From NCBI RefSeq assembly GCF_006345805.1, contig NC_042999.1:137330001-137394000 (forward strand): DNA of 64,000 nucleotides. Reading direction: 5' to 3'. The DNA is from Octopus sinensis (lineage: Eukaryota). Each line of letters begins with the position of its first letter. The first letter of the stretch is position 1. Positions 13,746 through 27,557 of this stretch are shown here, one piece after another. The position numbers were made by a program, and so were the translations under genes. Below the pieces are notes generated by a model. The model was given only the letters and a program-made list of their open reading frames with translations, had not been told where the DNA came from and ran no database searches.

Positions 13746-14005
13746 CTAGAAGAAATGTGAACATGTTTTGCTAGATGTCTAATGCTAGAGTGCATAAATG
13801 ATGGAACACAAATGAGCTGAAAGCATGTTCCTTCAAATTCCAGACTTAACTGGATAGTTTTGTTGAATTCATGTTTTTTATATTTCTAAAAGAAGTATAG
13901 TTGAAGTATCATTGTTTAAATATACCTTCACCATACCTACATAGTGTTTATGTACAATATTCAGGTTTGATTTGAGGGAGATGACTTCTGATTCATAAAT
14001 TACTA

Positions 14006-15217
14006 TTAGGCTGTCAAGAAAGTTCTTGCAGAATTTTTATTTTTAGTTTTAAATTATGTATTTTCAAATTAATTTTCATTAAATTACTTTGACTTTATAT
14101 ATCATTTTAAAGCCCATTTTTCGCTCTATCTAATCATGTTACTCTTTTTCGTTTTGAATAATTAGGCCATTTTTTCCACAATGTTGAATACATAGACAAA
14201 AAGCAAATTCTTATTCCAGTTCAAGCTAGGCCGAAAAGCTGCTGAAACAGCTCATGATATCAATGATGCGCTTGGCCCAGGAACCACTAATGAACGTACA
14301 ACACAATGGTGGTTCAAGAAATTTCGTAGTGGTGATGAATCTTGAAGATGATAAGCATAGTGGTCAGCCATCGGATGTTGACAATGATCAACTAAGAGCC
14401 TTAGTGGAAGCCAATCCACACACAACTCTTTGAGAGCTGAATCAGACGTAACGTATACAACAATTTCCAACTACTTGAAAGAGATTGGAAAAAGAAAAAA
14501 ACTTGAGAAATTGGTGCCGCACAAATTGAACGACAACCAAAAGAAAACACCATTTTGAAGTGTCATCTTCCCTTCTTTTACACAATAAGAATGACCCGGA
14601 TTGTGACTTGCGATGAAAAGTGGATTCTTTACAATAACTGGCAACGCTCAGCTCTGGTTGGATGCCAACAAAGCTCCATGGCACTTCTCGAGGCCAAAGT
14701 TGCACAAAAAGAAGATCATGGTGTCTATTTGGTGGTCTGCAGCTGATCTCATCCATCACAGCTTTTTGGATCCAGACAAAACCATTATGGCATAGAAGTA
14801 CTGTCAGCAAATGGATGAAATGCATAAGAAACTCCAATAACAACAGCCAGCATTGGTCAATAGAAAAGGACCAATTCTTCTCCACAATGCTCGGTCACAC
14901 GTCACACAATTGACCCTCATCTGCCATACTCACCAGACCTCTCACCTACCGACTACCACTTTTTCAAGCATCTCGACAACTTCCTGCATGAGAAATGCTT
15001 CAAAAACCAAGACAATGCCAAACACGCCTTCAACAACTTCATTGCCACCAGAATGCAGGATTTTTATGCTACTGGTAGAAATAAACTTGTTTTGCATTGG
15101 TAAAAGTGTGTTGATTCTGATGATGTTTATTTCTATTAATAAAGTTTTGTTTGAGCCGAGATATGTGCATCTGAATTTAAAGGTTAAAAACCTCTAGAAC
15201 TTTCTCGACAAACCTAA
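14006..15217 (+). mobile_element. Near-full-length defective mariner (Hsmar1/cecropia-like)
   Basis: TA target duplication (14004-14005, 15218-15219); TIRs TTAGGCTGTCAAGAAAGTTCT / AGAACTTTCTCGACAAACCTAA; frameshifted motifs WWFKKFRSGD, VPHKL, IVTCDEKW, SPDLSPTDYHFF. Confidence 0.95.
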
Positions 15218-16618
15218 TACTTAAGCATTGCATTACTAATTCAAGTCACAGTCATAAGTTTGAGCTTTAAGAAAAACTAGGCATAAGTGGGATTAGACTC
15301 ATTGTACTAGGTAGGACTCTGTACTCATGTGGATATGTGATGCCTTTGGAACACTTCTTTACAATTGAGTAAAGAAGTGTTAAGCAAGCCAAATGAAAGA
15401 GAAAACCCTCAAAAGAAGTGAAGGCTAAGCTCAAAACCTTATGAATGAGATGAGTGACGGTAAGAAGTGCTGAAACACTTGCTAGAAAAGACATGTCCAA
15501 CCCTTACAAGCATGAAAAAAACAAACATAAAAATGATGGGGATGATTTAGAAATTAGTGGATAATGAAGTAAAGTGGCATGTGTTATTTGTTACATGCTT
15601 TTACATTCTGTGTGCAAATCCCACAGGGTTAACTTTGTCTTTCATCCCTCTGGTATCTAAACAAAATATCAGCGAATTTCTACTTTAAAATACCAACACT
15701 ATTCCCCCAAATCAGTCACCTTATACCTATCTTAATTATCATTAAGAGCAATATATGGCAGAATTAGAGATAATTTTGGCAAATCAATAATCTTCTGTGA
15801 CCCTTTTTTTTTTTTTTTTTGATATCTAATAAAATTTTCTTTGAGAGCCTTTTACTTTTACATCACAGAAGCAACACTACTATTGCTGCTACCACAATAA
15901 AAGGTACCCAGGATACTCCATAAAGTGATCAGCAGCTAAACAGACAAAATGAGATGAGGCAAATAGTCTCAAAAATTAATCTTAACATCAACATCTTGAC
16001 TCAGATATTTACACATTAAATCTGCATAACAAAGGTACAAGCATGGTTGGGTGGCTAAGAAGTTTGTTTCACAACCACATTTGTTTCAAGTTCAGTCCTA
16101 CTGTACAGCACCTTGGGTAAATGTCTCCTTTAATCCCTGTCTGACCAAAGACTTAAGAATGGATTTGGTGAACAGATTGTTTTTACATCCACTTTTTCCT
16201 TTCCTGTATGCATTAGACAGAATTTGTTGATGCAGATTTCTATAGCCAGATTGTCACCAACCCTCACTTGTTTCCATGTAAGGTAATATTTCCCATTGAC
16301 CAGAAATATTGTCACAGGAGGACACCACTTGCTTGACAGTGATACTTTCTTAGAACTATCATGTGAGGTCAAAGCAAGGGGACAGTAATACACATATACA
16401 TATGTGTGTATATATATAACAGTGACATGTGAAAAGCACCTAGCACACTGTTAAGTGGTTGGCATTAGGAGGGGTATCTAGACATAGAAACCATGCCACA
16501 GTAAACAGAATCCAAACAGCTTGCTGCTAGCCAGCTCCATGTCAAACCATCCAACCGATGCCAGTATGGAGAGCAGACATTAAACAATGATGATGATGAC
16601 AGTCTTCTTTTAGTTTCC

Positions 16619-16833
16619 TATTTCTTTATTGCCCACAAGGAGCTAAACATAGAGGGGACAGACAAAGGGATTAAGTCGATTACATCGACCCCAGTGCGTA
16701 ACTGGTACTTAATTTAGCGACCCTAAAAGGATGAAAGGCAAAGTCAACCTCAGTAGAATTTGAACTCAGAACGTAACAGCAGACGAAATACCACTGAGCA
16801 TTTCGCTGGCATCCTAACGTTTCTGCCAGCTCA
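16619..16833 (-). mobile_element. tRNA-derived SINE with 16-bp target-site duplication, nested in an older SINE
   Basis: B-box-like GAGTTCAAATTC; core GCCTTTCATCCTTT...TAAATTAAGTACCAG shared with 40556, 40786, 54362 and 61658; TSD TCTTCTTTTAGTTTCC at 16603-16618 and 16834-16849. Confidence 0.9.
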
Positions 16834-17219
16834 TCTTCTTTTAGTTTCCATCTACCAAATCCACTCACAATGCTATAATAGAAGACTCTAAAGGTGCCAT
16901 GAACCCACAATCATGCAACTGGAAAGCAAACTTCTTGCCACACAATCACATCTGAGCCTACCATACACGCACACACTCACACACACATATTCTTTTACTT
17001 GTTTCAGTCATTTGACTGCAGTCATGCTGGAACACCACCTCAAAGGGTTTTTGTTGAACAAATTGACCCCAGGAGATTTTTTTAAGCCTTGTATTTATTC
17101 TATTGAACTCTTTTACTGAACTGCTAAGTTACAGGGATGCAAACACACCAACACCAGTTGTCAAGTGGAAATGAGAGGAACAGACACATAGACACACACA
17201 CACACATACATTTATATAC

Positions 17220-17355
17220 AATGGGCTTCTTTCAATTTCCATCTACCAAAATCAAATCCCAAGGCTACAGTAGAAAACACTTGCTCAAGGTGCCATGCAG
17301 TGGGAATGAACCTAGAACCATGTGGTTGGGAAGCAAGCTTCTTACCACACAATAG
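17220..17355 (-). mobile_element. Second tRNA-derived SINE family, representative decayed copy (others near 16035, 31430, 33375, 36965, 41940)
   Basis: Recurring GTGTGGTAAGAAGCTTGCTTCCCAACCACATGG...GGATTTGGTAGATGGAAA(T/C)TGAAAGAAGCCC motif. Confidence 0.7.
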
Positions 17356-17465
17356 CCAGTCTCTTGCTACTCTGAGTTTCACCTGTAGATGCACAGGATC
17401 TTCAATGGATATATATATTATATTATATATATATATACACACACACACAAAATAGATACCATTAC

Positions 17466-18460
17466 ATGCCAGAGGGGAAACTAGAAGTAGCTGATAGCTT
17501 CCATTACCTAGGTGACCAAAACAGTAGTGGGGGTGGATGCTCTGGGAGTGTAGCTGCTAGAATAAGAATAGCCTGGACAAAGTCCAGAGAGCTCCTACCT
17601 CTGCTGGTAACAAAGGGCCTTTTGCTCAGAGTGAAAGGTAGATTTTTCGATGCATGTGTGTGAACAGCCATACTACACAGCTTGACAGAAATGAAGCTAG
17701 TATGCTCCACTGGATGTGTAATGTCAGTGTGCATACACAACAGAGTGTAAGTGCCCTGAGAGAAAAGTTGGACATAAGAAGCATCAGATGTGGTGTGCAA
17801 GAGAAATGACTGCACTGGTATGGTCATGTGTTGTGTATAGATGGGGACAGCTGTGGAAGGAACCTGTGGTAGAGGTACACCTAGGAAGACATAGGATGAG
17901 GTGGTGAGGCATGACCTTCAAACGTTGGGCCTTACAGAGGCAATGACAAGTGACTGAGACTTTGGGAGATATGCTGTGCTTGAGAAGACCTGGCAAGCCA
18001 AGTGAGATCATAGCCATGGCTGAAGCCAGTGTTGCATAACCAGCCTGTTTAAAAGTACCCTTGAATCATCGGGCAATATGCTGTGCTTGAGAAGACCTGT
18101 TGAGTCAAGTGAAATCATAGTTGTGGCTGATGCCAGTACTGCCTGACTGGCACCTGTGCCAGTGGCACATCAAAAGCAACATTCAAGCATGGCCAATGCC
18201 AGTGCTGGTGGCATGTAAAAAGCACCATTTGAGCATGGTCAATGCCAGTGCTGCCTGACTGGCTACCATGTCAGTGGCATGTAAAAAACACCCTCTACAC
18301 TCTCGTAGTGGTTGCTATTAAGAAGGGCATCCAGCTGTAGAGACGTTGCCAGATCAGATTGGAGACTGGTGCAGCCTCCTGGTTTGCCAGTCCTCAGTCA
18401 AAACCTTCCAGCTCATGCCAGCATGGAAAGCAGACGTTAAACAATGATAATGATGATGAT
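17466..18460 (+). mobile_element. RTE-clade LINE, 5'-truncated 3' end (RT C-terminus, 3' UTR, (GAT)n tail)
   Basis: FHYLGDQNSSGGGCSGSVAARIRIAW...KGRFFDACV; 3' UTR with GGCATGTAAAAAGCACC repeats ending CATGGAAAGCAGACGTTAAAC(AATGAT)n. Confidence 0.85.
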
Positions 18461-18958
18461 ATATAATGTATGTGTGTGTGCATTTGTGTCTTGTTTTGAC
18501 ATCTCATGATAACTGTAAACAAACAGCACCATCATGCTAGTGGTCTCATTCCATTGCAACTTTCCATGAGATCTCCAGCCTTTGTGTTGTTCATGCACAA
18601 AGGACTAATGGATGTATAACTCCCCTTGGAAACAGGTAAGCTTTGGCAACAGGAAGAGTATCTAACCATATATAAAATCTATCTCAGTGAATTTCATCTG
18701 ACTTTGTAAAAATGAAAAAGTGGATCTTAATATGATGAAGATGTTTCAGTAATAATTGAATACCAATATTGTATTTTATGTTGTACATTAGCATCATTAG
18801 TTTTAGGTTTCAGAATAATAAAGGAGTGTTTGTAACTCAGTTCAGAACAAATATTGCAAAAGGTTTCATTCAAAAGGGGCTGGGTTTTCTTGTTTTCTCA
18901 CTGATGTTTAGCTCTTTCACCATTATAGGTTAGCAAAAGTGTATGTGCTAACAAATAT

Positions 18959-18996
<38 letters not shown>

Positions 18997-20079
18997 CAGA
19001 TTTTTGTGCTTAGTCCAAAGCTATGCTAGAAAGTGCTTGCCAAAGATGCTGAATTCAGAAACCTCTTAACCACGCAACTATGCCTGGATTCTGATAATTA
19101 CAAAATACCAAAACCTTTAAATGTATTAAGATGAAATGAGTATAAAAATGGTGGACTCTCCCTCAGTCTTGGCAATAAGCATTCAGTTGTTCAACCTGCT
19201 GAATTCTTTCTTGTAAAACTGTAAGCAGTCAAGAATTCCACAGATACATGTACAGTTTACACAATTCTCAGATCAAATGAACATGATACAATATGATAAA
19301 GCTTGACCTTTGAATTATATATACTATCCAGAGACAGATAGACAAGAAAAATAACTCTGTACTAGACTGAAAGGATAAAAGACAAAGCTGACCTCAGTAG
19401 GTTTTGAAGTCAGGGCACAGATTCAAAACAACTTGCTTGATATGGCTTCTAGATCTATGGTACAAGCTTCCTGTTTTAAAATGAACTAAATTAAAACCTT
19501 CCAATAAAATTTCATGTTAATTTATGTTACAAACATCAGCTTCATAAAGATAAAGTTATCTTAATTCTTATTTTCAAAATTAATTGAAACAAAAAGCAGT
19601 GTATTTCAACAGGAATATGGTAACAAAATGGTAATGAAATTATTCTACTAATTCACTGTAATTAATTAGTATTAGTGTAAGTGTAATACTAATTAAGTTG
19701 AAATTCACAGCTCACATTTTACTGAGTAGTTTGTTAGGCCCAATCACTATATTACAGTGAAAGAATCATGGATCAAGATTGTAAGGTAATAGACTAGTAA
19801 TAAAGACAGATACTTACACTAATATAAAGTAAACAGTAGAGTATAATTTTAGAAAATATTTTCTAAGAATAAACTACCTGTAACAGAGAGTATCTAGCAA
19901 AGGTTCTTAAAACTGAGAAACTATCAACTGACAGCTATTGTTTGCCAAGGGGTTTGTTGAATTGACAAACTCCTTCTTACAAAGAATAGCTTTAGAAATG
20001 TGTTTGCTTTTGCTTACCACATCTAAATAAAATGTCATGAAACCATAAAAGAGTAATGAAAAACTTCTCAGATATTTTG

Positions 20080-22050
20080 AACACAATTGCATGATATAGG
20101 GAAGCTTGAAAGCAATTTACATACTACTTGGCCATCAATGTGGTTTCTCCTAAATATCCCTTTGTGTGTGTGTGTGTGTGTGTTTGGGAATGATTGATCT
20201 AAAGGAGACCATTGGCTGAGAAAGGAATGGCTGCTAAGATTTTGATGGTGACAAACACATGAACATCCTCCTAGGAAAACCGGAAAATGGCATTTTTTCA
20301 GGATTTTTCATTAAAAAAGATTTGATGAAATAATGTTTGAATGTTAGAGAAAGGGGACTCCTTCAAAGATCTACACAGAAAAATTCCTACTTTATGTCTA
20401 GAGAAATTGAAGACAGGTTTCTTTGGTGTCTTAAGATATGAACATGAATGAAAGATGAGCAATTTATAAGTTAACTTAAACCAGTTGAGAAAAACATCTG
20501 GGTAACATTCACAGAAGTTGTGAAAAAAAACTTTTTGAGTAAAGCCAAATCAGAAAATTATGACTATCTAATAATTACTTTCTCCCTTTCAGAAGCTAAG
20601 ATATAAAATGAGTATTAAAGTGCATTATGAGAGTGGGTTGAAAAGTTCATAGGCTGATTATAAAGGAGTGATGCTAGAGCTATAAAATCTTGTGTGGATT
20701 AATTTCATCTTTTCTTGTTAATAACTGCATTGTTTCTTTCCAAGTAAACTGACTCCTGACTGTTCAAAGAAGACTTCAAAAGTAATTAGTAGTGACTTCT
20801 CTTGAAATCAAAAATGTTTGCTATCATGGTGTTATTAAGTACCTGCAAAAATAGGGTTTAGCCTCCAATGGCATTCCTGCTAACATGGTTGCTACATTAG
20901 GAGAAGACACCCCAGCTTTATCAACCATGAAATGGGCAGCTGAATTATGAAGGGAAAGGGAGAGTCTTGAAGATGACTCAAAGACAGACATTCTGGAACT
21001 GCCACCACTGAGGAAAACATTGATCGTGTTCACCACATGGGGATAAATGAGAGGTGACTGACTTTAAATCAAATAGCCAATGTTGTTCGCATATTCCATG
21101 GGAGAGTTGAGAATATTCTGCACCATGAACTTGGCATGACAATGGTTTCTACTGGCTGGGTGTTATGTCTTCTAACACCTGATCAAAAGTTGACCAGGCT
21201 GATCACATCACAGGAAAATCTGTCATTGTTTGAGGCAGATCCAACTGGTTTCCTTGAACATTTCCTAAAACAGGATAAGTGTTGGGTTTGTCGCTTTGAG
21301 CCAGAGACAAAGAGACAATCCATGCAGTGGAAACACCCCTTCTCACCTGCTCCAAAAAAAAAAACAAGCTCATTTTATCTGCCAGGAAGGCGATGGTCTC
21401 AGCTTTTTGGGATACAGAAGGCATTGTTCCCCTCCAAAGGGGCCACACCAACAATGGAGAGTACTATGCCAACTCGCTTAGGCAGTTACAAAAGGTTATC
21501 AAGACCAAACACCCAGGAAAACTGATGAAAGTTGCCTTATTTCATCAGGACAGTGCTCCAGCACACAAGTCCTTGGTTTCAATGGCTATTGGGTATGACT
21601 GTAGCTTTAAACTGGTTGATCACCCTCCCTATTCTCCTGATTTGGCTCCAACTCACTATCATCTGTCCCCCAATATGAAAAACACTTGGCTGGGAACCAG
21701 TATCAGTGATGATGACATCATATCTGCTGCTGGTGACTTTTTTTGATCAACAGGATGAAAGCTTCATCACCAATAGAATCTAAGCACTGTAAGAACTGTG
21801 ATGAAAGAAGTGTGTGGACTGAAAGGGGGTTTATGTTGAAATATAAATCTTATTTGGTCACATTTCATGAGAGTATCTTGGTCAGTCTAAGAACTTTCCA
21901 GTTGACCTTTGTACCACCATGATCATTTAGACTACTTCTCCACTAATTTAGGGACTGATGGCAAAGTACAAGGGAAATGTTACCACCAAAACATAAAAGA
22001 TTTGGGAATGGTCAAAACTAAATACGATGGCAAGCTATTGTTGACTCCTA
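20080..22050 (+). pseudogene. Fossil DNA-transposon transposase (CMC/Chapaev3-like), interrupted by the mariner at 20628-21911
   Basis: Manual translation gives LKAIYILLGHQCGF, EKLKTGFFG, EKNIWVTFTEVVKKNFL and FQKLRYKMSIKVH, resuming after the mariner as YHHDHLDYFSTNLG...QGKCYHQNIK; this resembles the MSxKxHFLHSHLDxFPxNLG...GERFHQDI motif; family name assigned from memory. Confidence 0.7.
20628..21911 (+). mobile_element. Defective mariner (irritans/Hsmar2-like)
   Basis: TA flanks at 20626-20627 and 21912-21913; imperfect TIRs; motifs FEPETKRQSMQWKHP, FHQDSAPAH, HPPYSPDLAP. Confidence 0.92.
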
Positions 22051-25000
22051 GAAGTTCAACAATCTAAGAAGTGGAAGGTGCTTCTATAAATAGTGTACTT
22101 GCTTAACCAACCTCATTTTTTCTTTTTTTTTAGCTTATTCAACATCTTCTGTTGTTGAATTAATATGAAACAGATAAAATTTCTCAGTGGAGTGATGCAT
22201 TTCTTTCACCAATACAGCACTGTTGAACTATTTCATGTCATTTCAGAGATAATGGATGAATTTTACTGTCTCAATAATGCACAATGTATTAACTAAATAT
22301 AAGTAAAAATGACTCAATCTTTCTATAAAATAACTAAAATAACTATACTTATACCTTATATTTGTAGCTTCTGTTCTACTAATATGCACGTTTCAGTTGC
22401 ACCACATTGCTAAATTTTGAAAATCCATTTCCCAAAAAAATTGATTTAATGCAAAAAATTCTGGGAGCAAATTTTAAATGAATGCCCAAAAATGAACATT
22501 TTTTTTTATGATGAAAGTAAGATATTTTTTCAAAATGTAGACTAGCATAATCATTAGAAAATATGAAGACTAGCGTAGTCTGCATTGGTAGAAATCAAGG
22601 CAGTAAAAATACAAAAGAAAAAGTGAGTTACATTTGAACACCATGAACACTTAACATGGTTTTTTTACCTGCTAGAAATAGCTATCAAATATCTGTCAAA
22701 TTACTCTCTCTAAGGTTTCTGTATGCTTTGTTACAATTGATCAGCAGCTGGAAAGCATTCCTCTCCAATATAAATTCCAAGCTCCAATATAAAGTTTTGT
22801 ATGGAAAACCAGCAGTTGTCCATGTATCAAGTCTCTGCTTTCCATGCCACCATTTTTCATCACCATCATTATCATTATCATCATCATTGACATCATTTTT
22901 CCATACTAACATGGGTTGGGTGGTTCAACAGGAACTGGTAAGTCAGAAGACTGCACCAAGCTCCACTATCTGCTTTAGCATGATTTTTATGGCTGGATGC
23001 TTTTCTAAATCCAACCACTTTACAGAGCGTACTGATTGCGTTTTACATGGCACCAGCAGCAGTGAGGTCACCAAGTAACTTGCAAAGCAAGACTCCTCAA
23101 CTGAGGTGGGAGTAGTATTGAGGGACAAGAAAAAGGAGTGTTGCATTTGAGGGGAAACATGGCTAACTTAAGTGAGGAGAGAGTGGAGAGTGAGCGAGAG
23201 AGAGATGATGTGATGGGAAGGGGTGTAGGATAAGTGGACTAGGAATTGGAGAGGGTGAGTGGGTGGCTGAGGGCGCAAGATTGCAAAAGGGGAGTTGTAA
23301 ATGGAGGGGGAAATGTAAAGAGTGGACACAAATAGAGGGAGGGGGTATTAGGAGATTATGTTGTATGGAAGAAGTTCAACAGAGACATTGTATACAGGTA
23401 GGTACATGTGGGAGAGTGGAGGAGAATGCAGTGATTCTATATTCCATTTTTGAAGATGTATCCATCAGTATTGTCATTATCATCATCATCAGCACCACCA
23501 CTAGCACCACCACTGCAACATGGACTGGACAAGTTAGTTTTTACTCAGACTTTGTACATTATCAGTGTTTAGATATCTAACAGTGTTTAGGTATCTAAAG
23601 TGCATTGGTATCTAACTGGCATCTGGTGTCCTGTAAAAAAATATGCTTAAAGTTTGACATCAGAAAACAATCTTTGATAGATTTGGTAGACGGAAACTGT
23701 GTAAAAACTATCATTTGTATGTGTGTTTGTATATACTTGTGTGTGTGTGTGTGTGTGTATGTGTGTCTTTGTCTTGACATCACATGGAAGATGTAAATGA
23801 GTGCCACTGTCATACAAGCAGTATTATCCACTTCCATTACTCTGCAAGAACATGTCTCACCATAAGGAAATGTTACCTTCCTTGGAAATAGGTGAGGGTT
23901 GGCAACAGGAAGGGCACCCAGCCATAGAAAACCTGCCTCAATAAGCTCTGTTTGGCTCATGCAAGCTTGGAAAATGGGTGTTAAGACAATGATGATAATG
24001 AAGATGTTCCTCTTTAAATTCTGAGTTCAAATTCTACTGTGATCAATCTTCATCCTTCTGGAGCGGACAAACTAAAGTACCAATCAAGTATCAGATTCAA
24101 TGATATCTACTACCCCCACCCAGCAAAAATTTAAGCCTTGTACTTCTAATAGAAACAATTATTCCAATTGTTAGAAGAATGATGACTGAATTTTTATCCT
24201 GGCATTTGTTATCATCTTCAAGGCTGAATTGACTGAGACATGATTTATGAAATGTTCTAGAATATTGTCCCCAAGTTAGGATTTAAAATCTTGGGAGATC
24301 TCAACAATGCATCTCCTGCATTTAGTTCACCTATGATGTAGAAATTATATGGCTGATGTCTTAAAAACTGTGGAAGGATATGAAGTGATGGATTCCCTTT
24401 AATACAGTAGATTTGGGGACATGAAAATAGGGTCTAAGATTATTGTAAAATGTTTATTACAGAGATAGATGTGAAATTTCTTACAAGTTTACACAACTCC
24501 CAAAGCCAATGAGGGAGTTTCTCTTGTGTTGCTCTATCTACTAGAAATAGCAGCCAAATTGTTCTGACATTTATAATCCTAGAGATACAATTTCTGAAGA
24601 AAAGAAGTGAAGGAATGGTCATAGATGGAATGTCTTTTGAACATAGGCCTGCTTGATAAGAGCTAACCTGCTGGTAAACATTAACAAAATAACAGCAACT
24701 ACCGACATTTCTTTATTCTGTATGACTGTATTTCCTTGGCTTTTCAATAGCATCAAAATTAATGTTCTTTGTTTTTCTTTGATTATTAGTTTGTGATAAG
24801 ATTGCACCAAGACAAACTTTGCTGGCATCGATCTATATTTTACATGCTATCTTGATGTTGATGTGCATGAGAATTGTATTGAAATTAGTTCTTTCAATTC
24901 ATTGAATGTTCTTTTATAAGATTCACTGCACTTCCCTTTCACATCTGCTTTTATCAGTTGGCAAATTTTCTTAGAATTTGTTGCTAGGTTTGGAATGAAT

Positions 25001-25705
25001 TGTGCCAAATAATTTAGTAATCTCCAAACGCTGCATAATTTGGTTTGGCTTGTTTGATATTTAAACTATTTGATTGTGCTGTCTTTTGAGATAAAAAGAA
25101 AAACAATATATGCAATCTCTTTCACTTTGAACATGCATTTTTTTCAATAATTTAATGTGAGATCATTTTTCTTAAAAGATTGATAGGCAATTTTCGATGG
25201 CTCTTTTTTTCTTTTCTTTTTTCTCTCTGATTGCTTCTATATCGCTGTCATCTGAGACGTTGCTCATGGTAGTTTAATTTCTGAAAAGTTCAGCAATTTA
25301 TTATTTGTCTTAATTCTCTAGATGCTGAGCTAATTCCCTAAAATCAGTTTTTGTAACAATAAAACCTTTGATGTCTGTGAATATTGTTACATTAAATGTA
25401 GTTGGATGTTATTGTTGCTGTTTGTTTATTTAAGTCCATGTCTGTCTTGATTGAGTATATCTACGATTAAAATCATTCCATTTAATCTTTTTGCATGCTT
25501 ACACTTTATCTTTTACATGTTTCAGTCATTGGACTGTGGTCAAGCTGGGGCACCATCTGGACAGATTTTAGTCAAACAAATCGGCACAAGTATTTATTTT
25601 CATTGTTTTTAAGCCTGGTACTTATACTATTTGTCTCTTTCGCTGATCTATCAAGTACAAGGATGTAAACAAACACAAACACAGAGATACATAGATATAT
25701 ACATA

Positions 25706-26975
25706 CAGGGGTTGGACAAAATAATGGAAACACCTTAAAATTTCAAACAAATTATTTTAATATGGGGTAGAACTGACTTTGGCAGTAATTACAGCTTGAA
25801 TTCTATGAGGTATGGACTTGTACAAAGTTTGAATTGTTTCCAAAGGAATTTTTGTACATTCTTCAGCTAAAACAGTCTCCAGTTCTTGTAATGATGATGC
25901 TGGAGGATATTGACTCCTTACTTGTTTTTCTAAAATGCACCATAAATGTTCAATAATATTGAGATCTGGGGACTGTGGTGGCCAGATAAGATGTTCAACT
26001 TCTCTAGAATGTTCCTCATGTCATTCACTAAGAATTTAGCTGTGTAAATTGGTGCATTATCATCCTGCAAGATTGTGTTTCCCTCCGGAAACAGTTCTGT
26101 AACCATAGGATGAATTTGATCAGATAAAATGCTTGAATAGTCTTGACTATTAATTCTGCCATGAAGAGAAACCATTGGGCTGGTGGATTTCTAAGATATA
26201 GCCCCCCCAGTTTACAAATCCTCCTCCGTGTTTAACAGTTGGAAGAAGACAGTCTGGGTCAAATGCTTCTTTTGGCTGTCTCCTCATGTATACTCAGCTA
26301 GTGGTTGGAAATAAGGTAAAGAATGACTCATCCAAGAAAATAACATTCTTCCACTGCTCTAGGGACCAATTCTATAGGTTTTTACTCCATTCTAAATGCT
26401 TTGCAACATTTGTTTTTGAGGGTAGTGGTTTTCTGATTGCAGCCCTCCCATGAAATCTGGCTTTGTGCAGCTCCCAGCAAACAGTTTTTGTAGAAACTGG
26501 GTTCTCGAGGTGGTCATTGAGCTCTGCAGTAATTTTGGGAGCTGTACTTTTGTGATCTTTTCTAACAATTTGCATGAAAGTCCGATGGTCCCTATCTAAA
26601 AGTTTTGGTTTTCTTCCAGAGTTTTGTTTCAATGAGGAGGTTTTTTCCTCTTTCTCAAAGACTGTCATTACTTTCGAGACAGTATTTCTTGATACACCAA
26701 ACATTTTGGTTGTTTTCATTACAGTCATGCCTGCTATACGAGCACCAACAATTTGACCAATTTGAAAGTCCAATATATCTGTCATTTTAATGAATTTTAA
26801 TTACCTTTTTCTGATGATATCTGAAAAGAAACAGCAATTTTAGCAAAACATATTAAGCAACACTAATAATAAATCAAAAAACATAAAAATAAACAAGCTT
26901 TGGACACTTTTTGTAGATATTTCAAAATTATGATGTTATGATGCTAGGTGTTTCCATTATTGTTTCCAACCCCTG
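25706..26975 (-). mobile_element. Near-full-length defective Tc1-like transposon
   Basis: TIRs CAGGGGTTGGACAAAATAATGGAAACACCT / AGGTGTTTCCATTATTGTTTCCAACCCCTG; transposase from ATG at 26785 (GQIVGAR...FGVSRNTVSKV, GRKPKL) with LQDDNAP motif; frameshifted. Confidence 0.95.
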
Positions 26976-26994
26976 AATGTGTATGTATATGTAC

Positions 26995-27557
26995 TGAGGA
27001 AATGACCAGCGACCGAGACCTTTGGAAATATGCTGTACGTGAGAAGACCAGGCAGGACAAGTGAGCCCATCCCACTTATGCATGCCTTTCCTCCCTTGGA
27101 CACAAAGACCTGTTGAGGCAAGCGAAGTCGATATAGAACCTCATCCGACGACAGGCACCCATGCCAACCCCCTTTGCTTGCGAAGACATGTTGGGGCAAG
27201 CGAAATCGAAATCGAATTGAACCAGCCAGGATCCCTGGTCTGGTGGTACGTAAAAAGCACTATCCGACTCGTGGCCGATGCCAGCGCCGCCTCGACTGGC
27301 TTCCGTGCCGGTGGCACATAAAATACACCAATCCGACCGTGGCCATTGCCAGCCTCGCCTGGCACCTGTGCAGGTGGCACGTAAAAAGCACCCACTACAC
27401 TCACAGAGTGGTTGGCGTTAGGAAGATCATCCAGCTGTAGAAACATTGCCAGATAAGACTGGAGCCTGGTGCAGCCTTCTAGCTTCCCAGATCCCCAGTC
27501 GAACCGTCCAACCCATGCTAGCATGGAGAACGGACGTTAAACGATGATGATGATGAT
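26995..27557 (+). mobile_element. Young RTE LINE 3' end / RTE-tailed repeat
   Basis: Same 3' UTR as 17950-18460 with CpGs retained; ends GGACGTTAAAC(GAT)n. Confidence 0.85.

Noticed and set aside
18120-18300. Regularly recurring GGCATGTAAAAAGCACC units (also 27250-27400, 37450-37620, 60580-60790) that could suggest a CRISPR array
   Set aside because: The intervening sequences are themselves similar, the context is eukaryotic and no cas genes are present; these are internal subrepeats of the RTE 3' UTR
24200-25400. Possible very old retroelement ORF on - (an NLRP-like motif near 24430)
   Set aside because: Too degraded to translate coherently by eye; not called without a homology search
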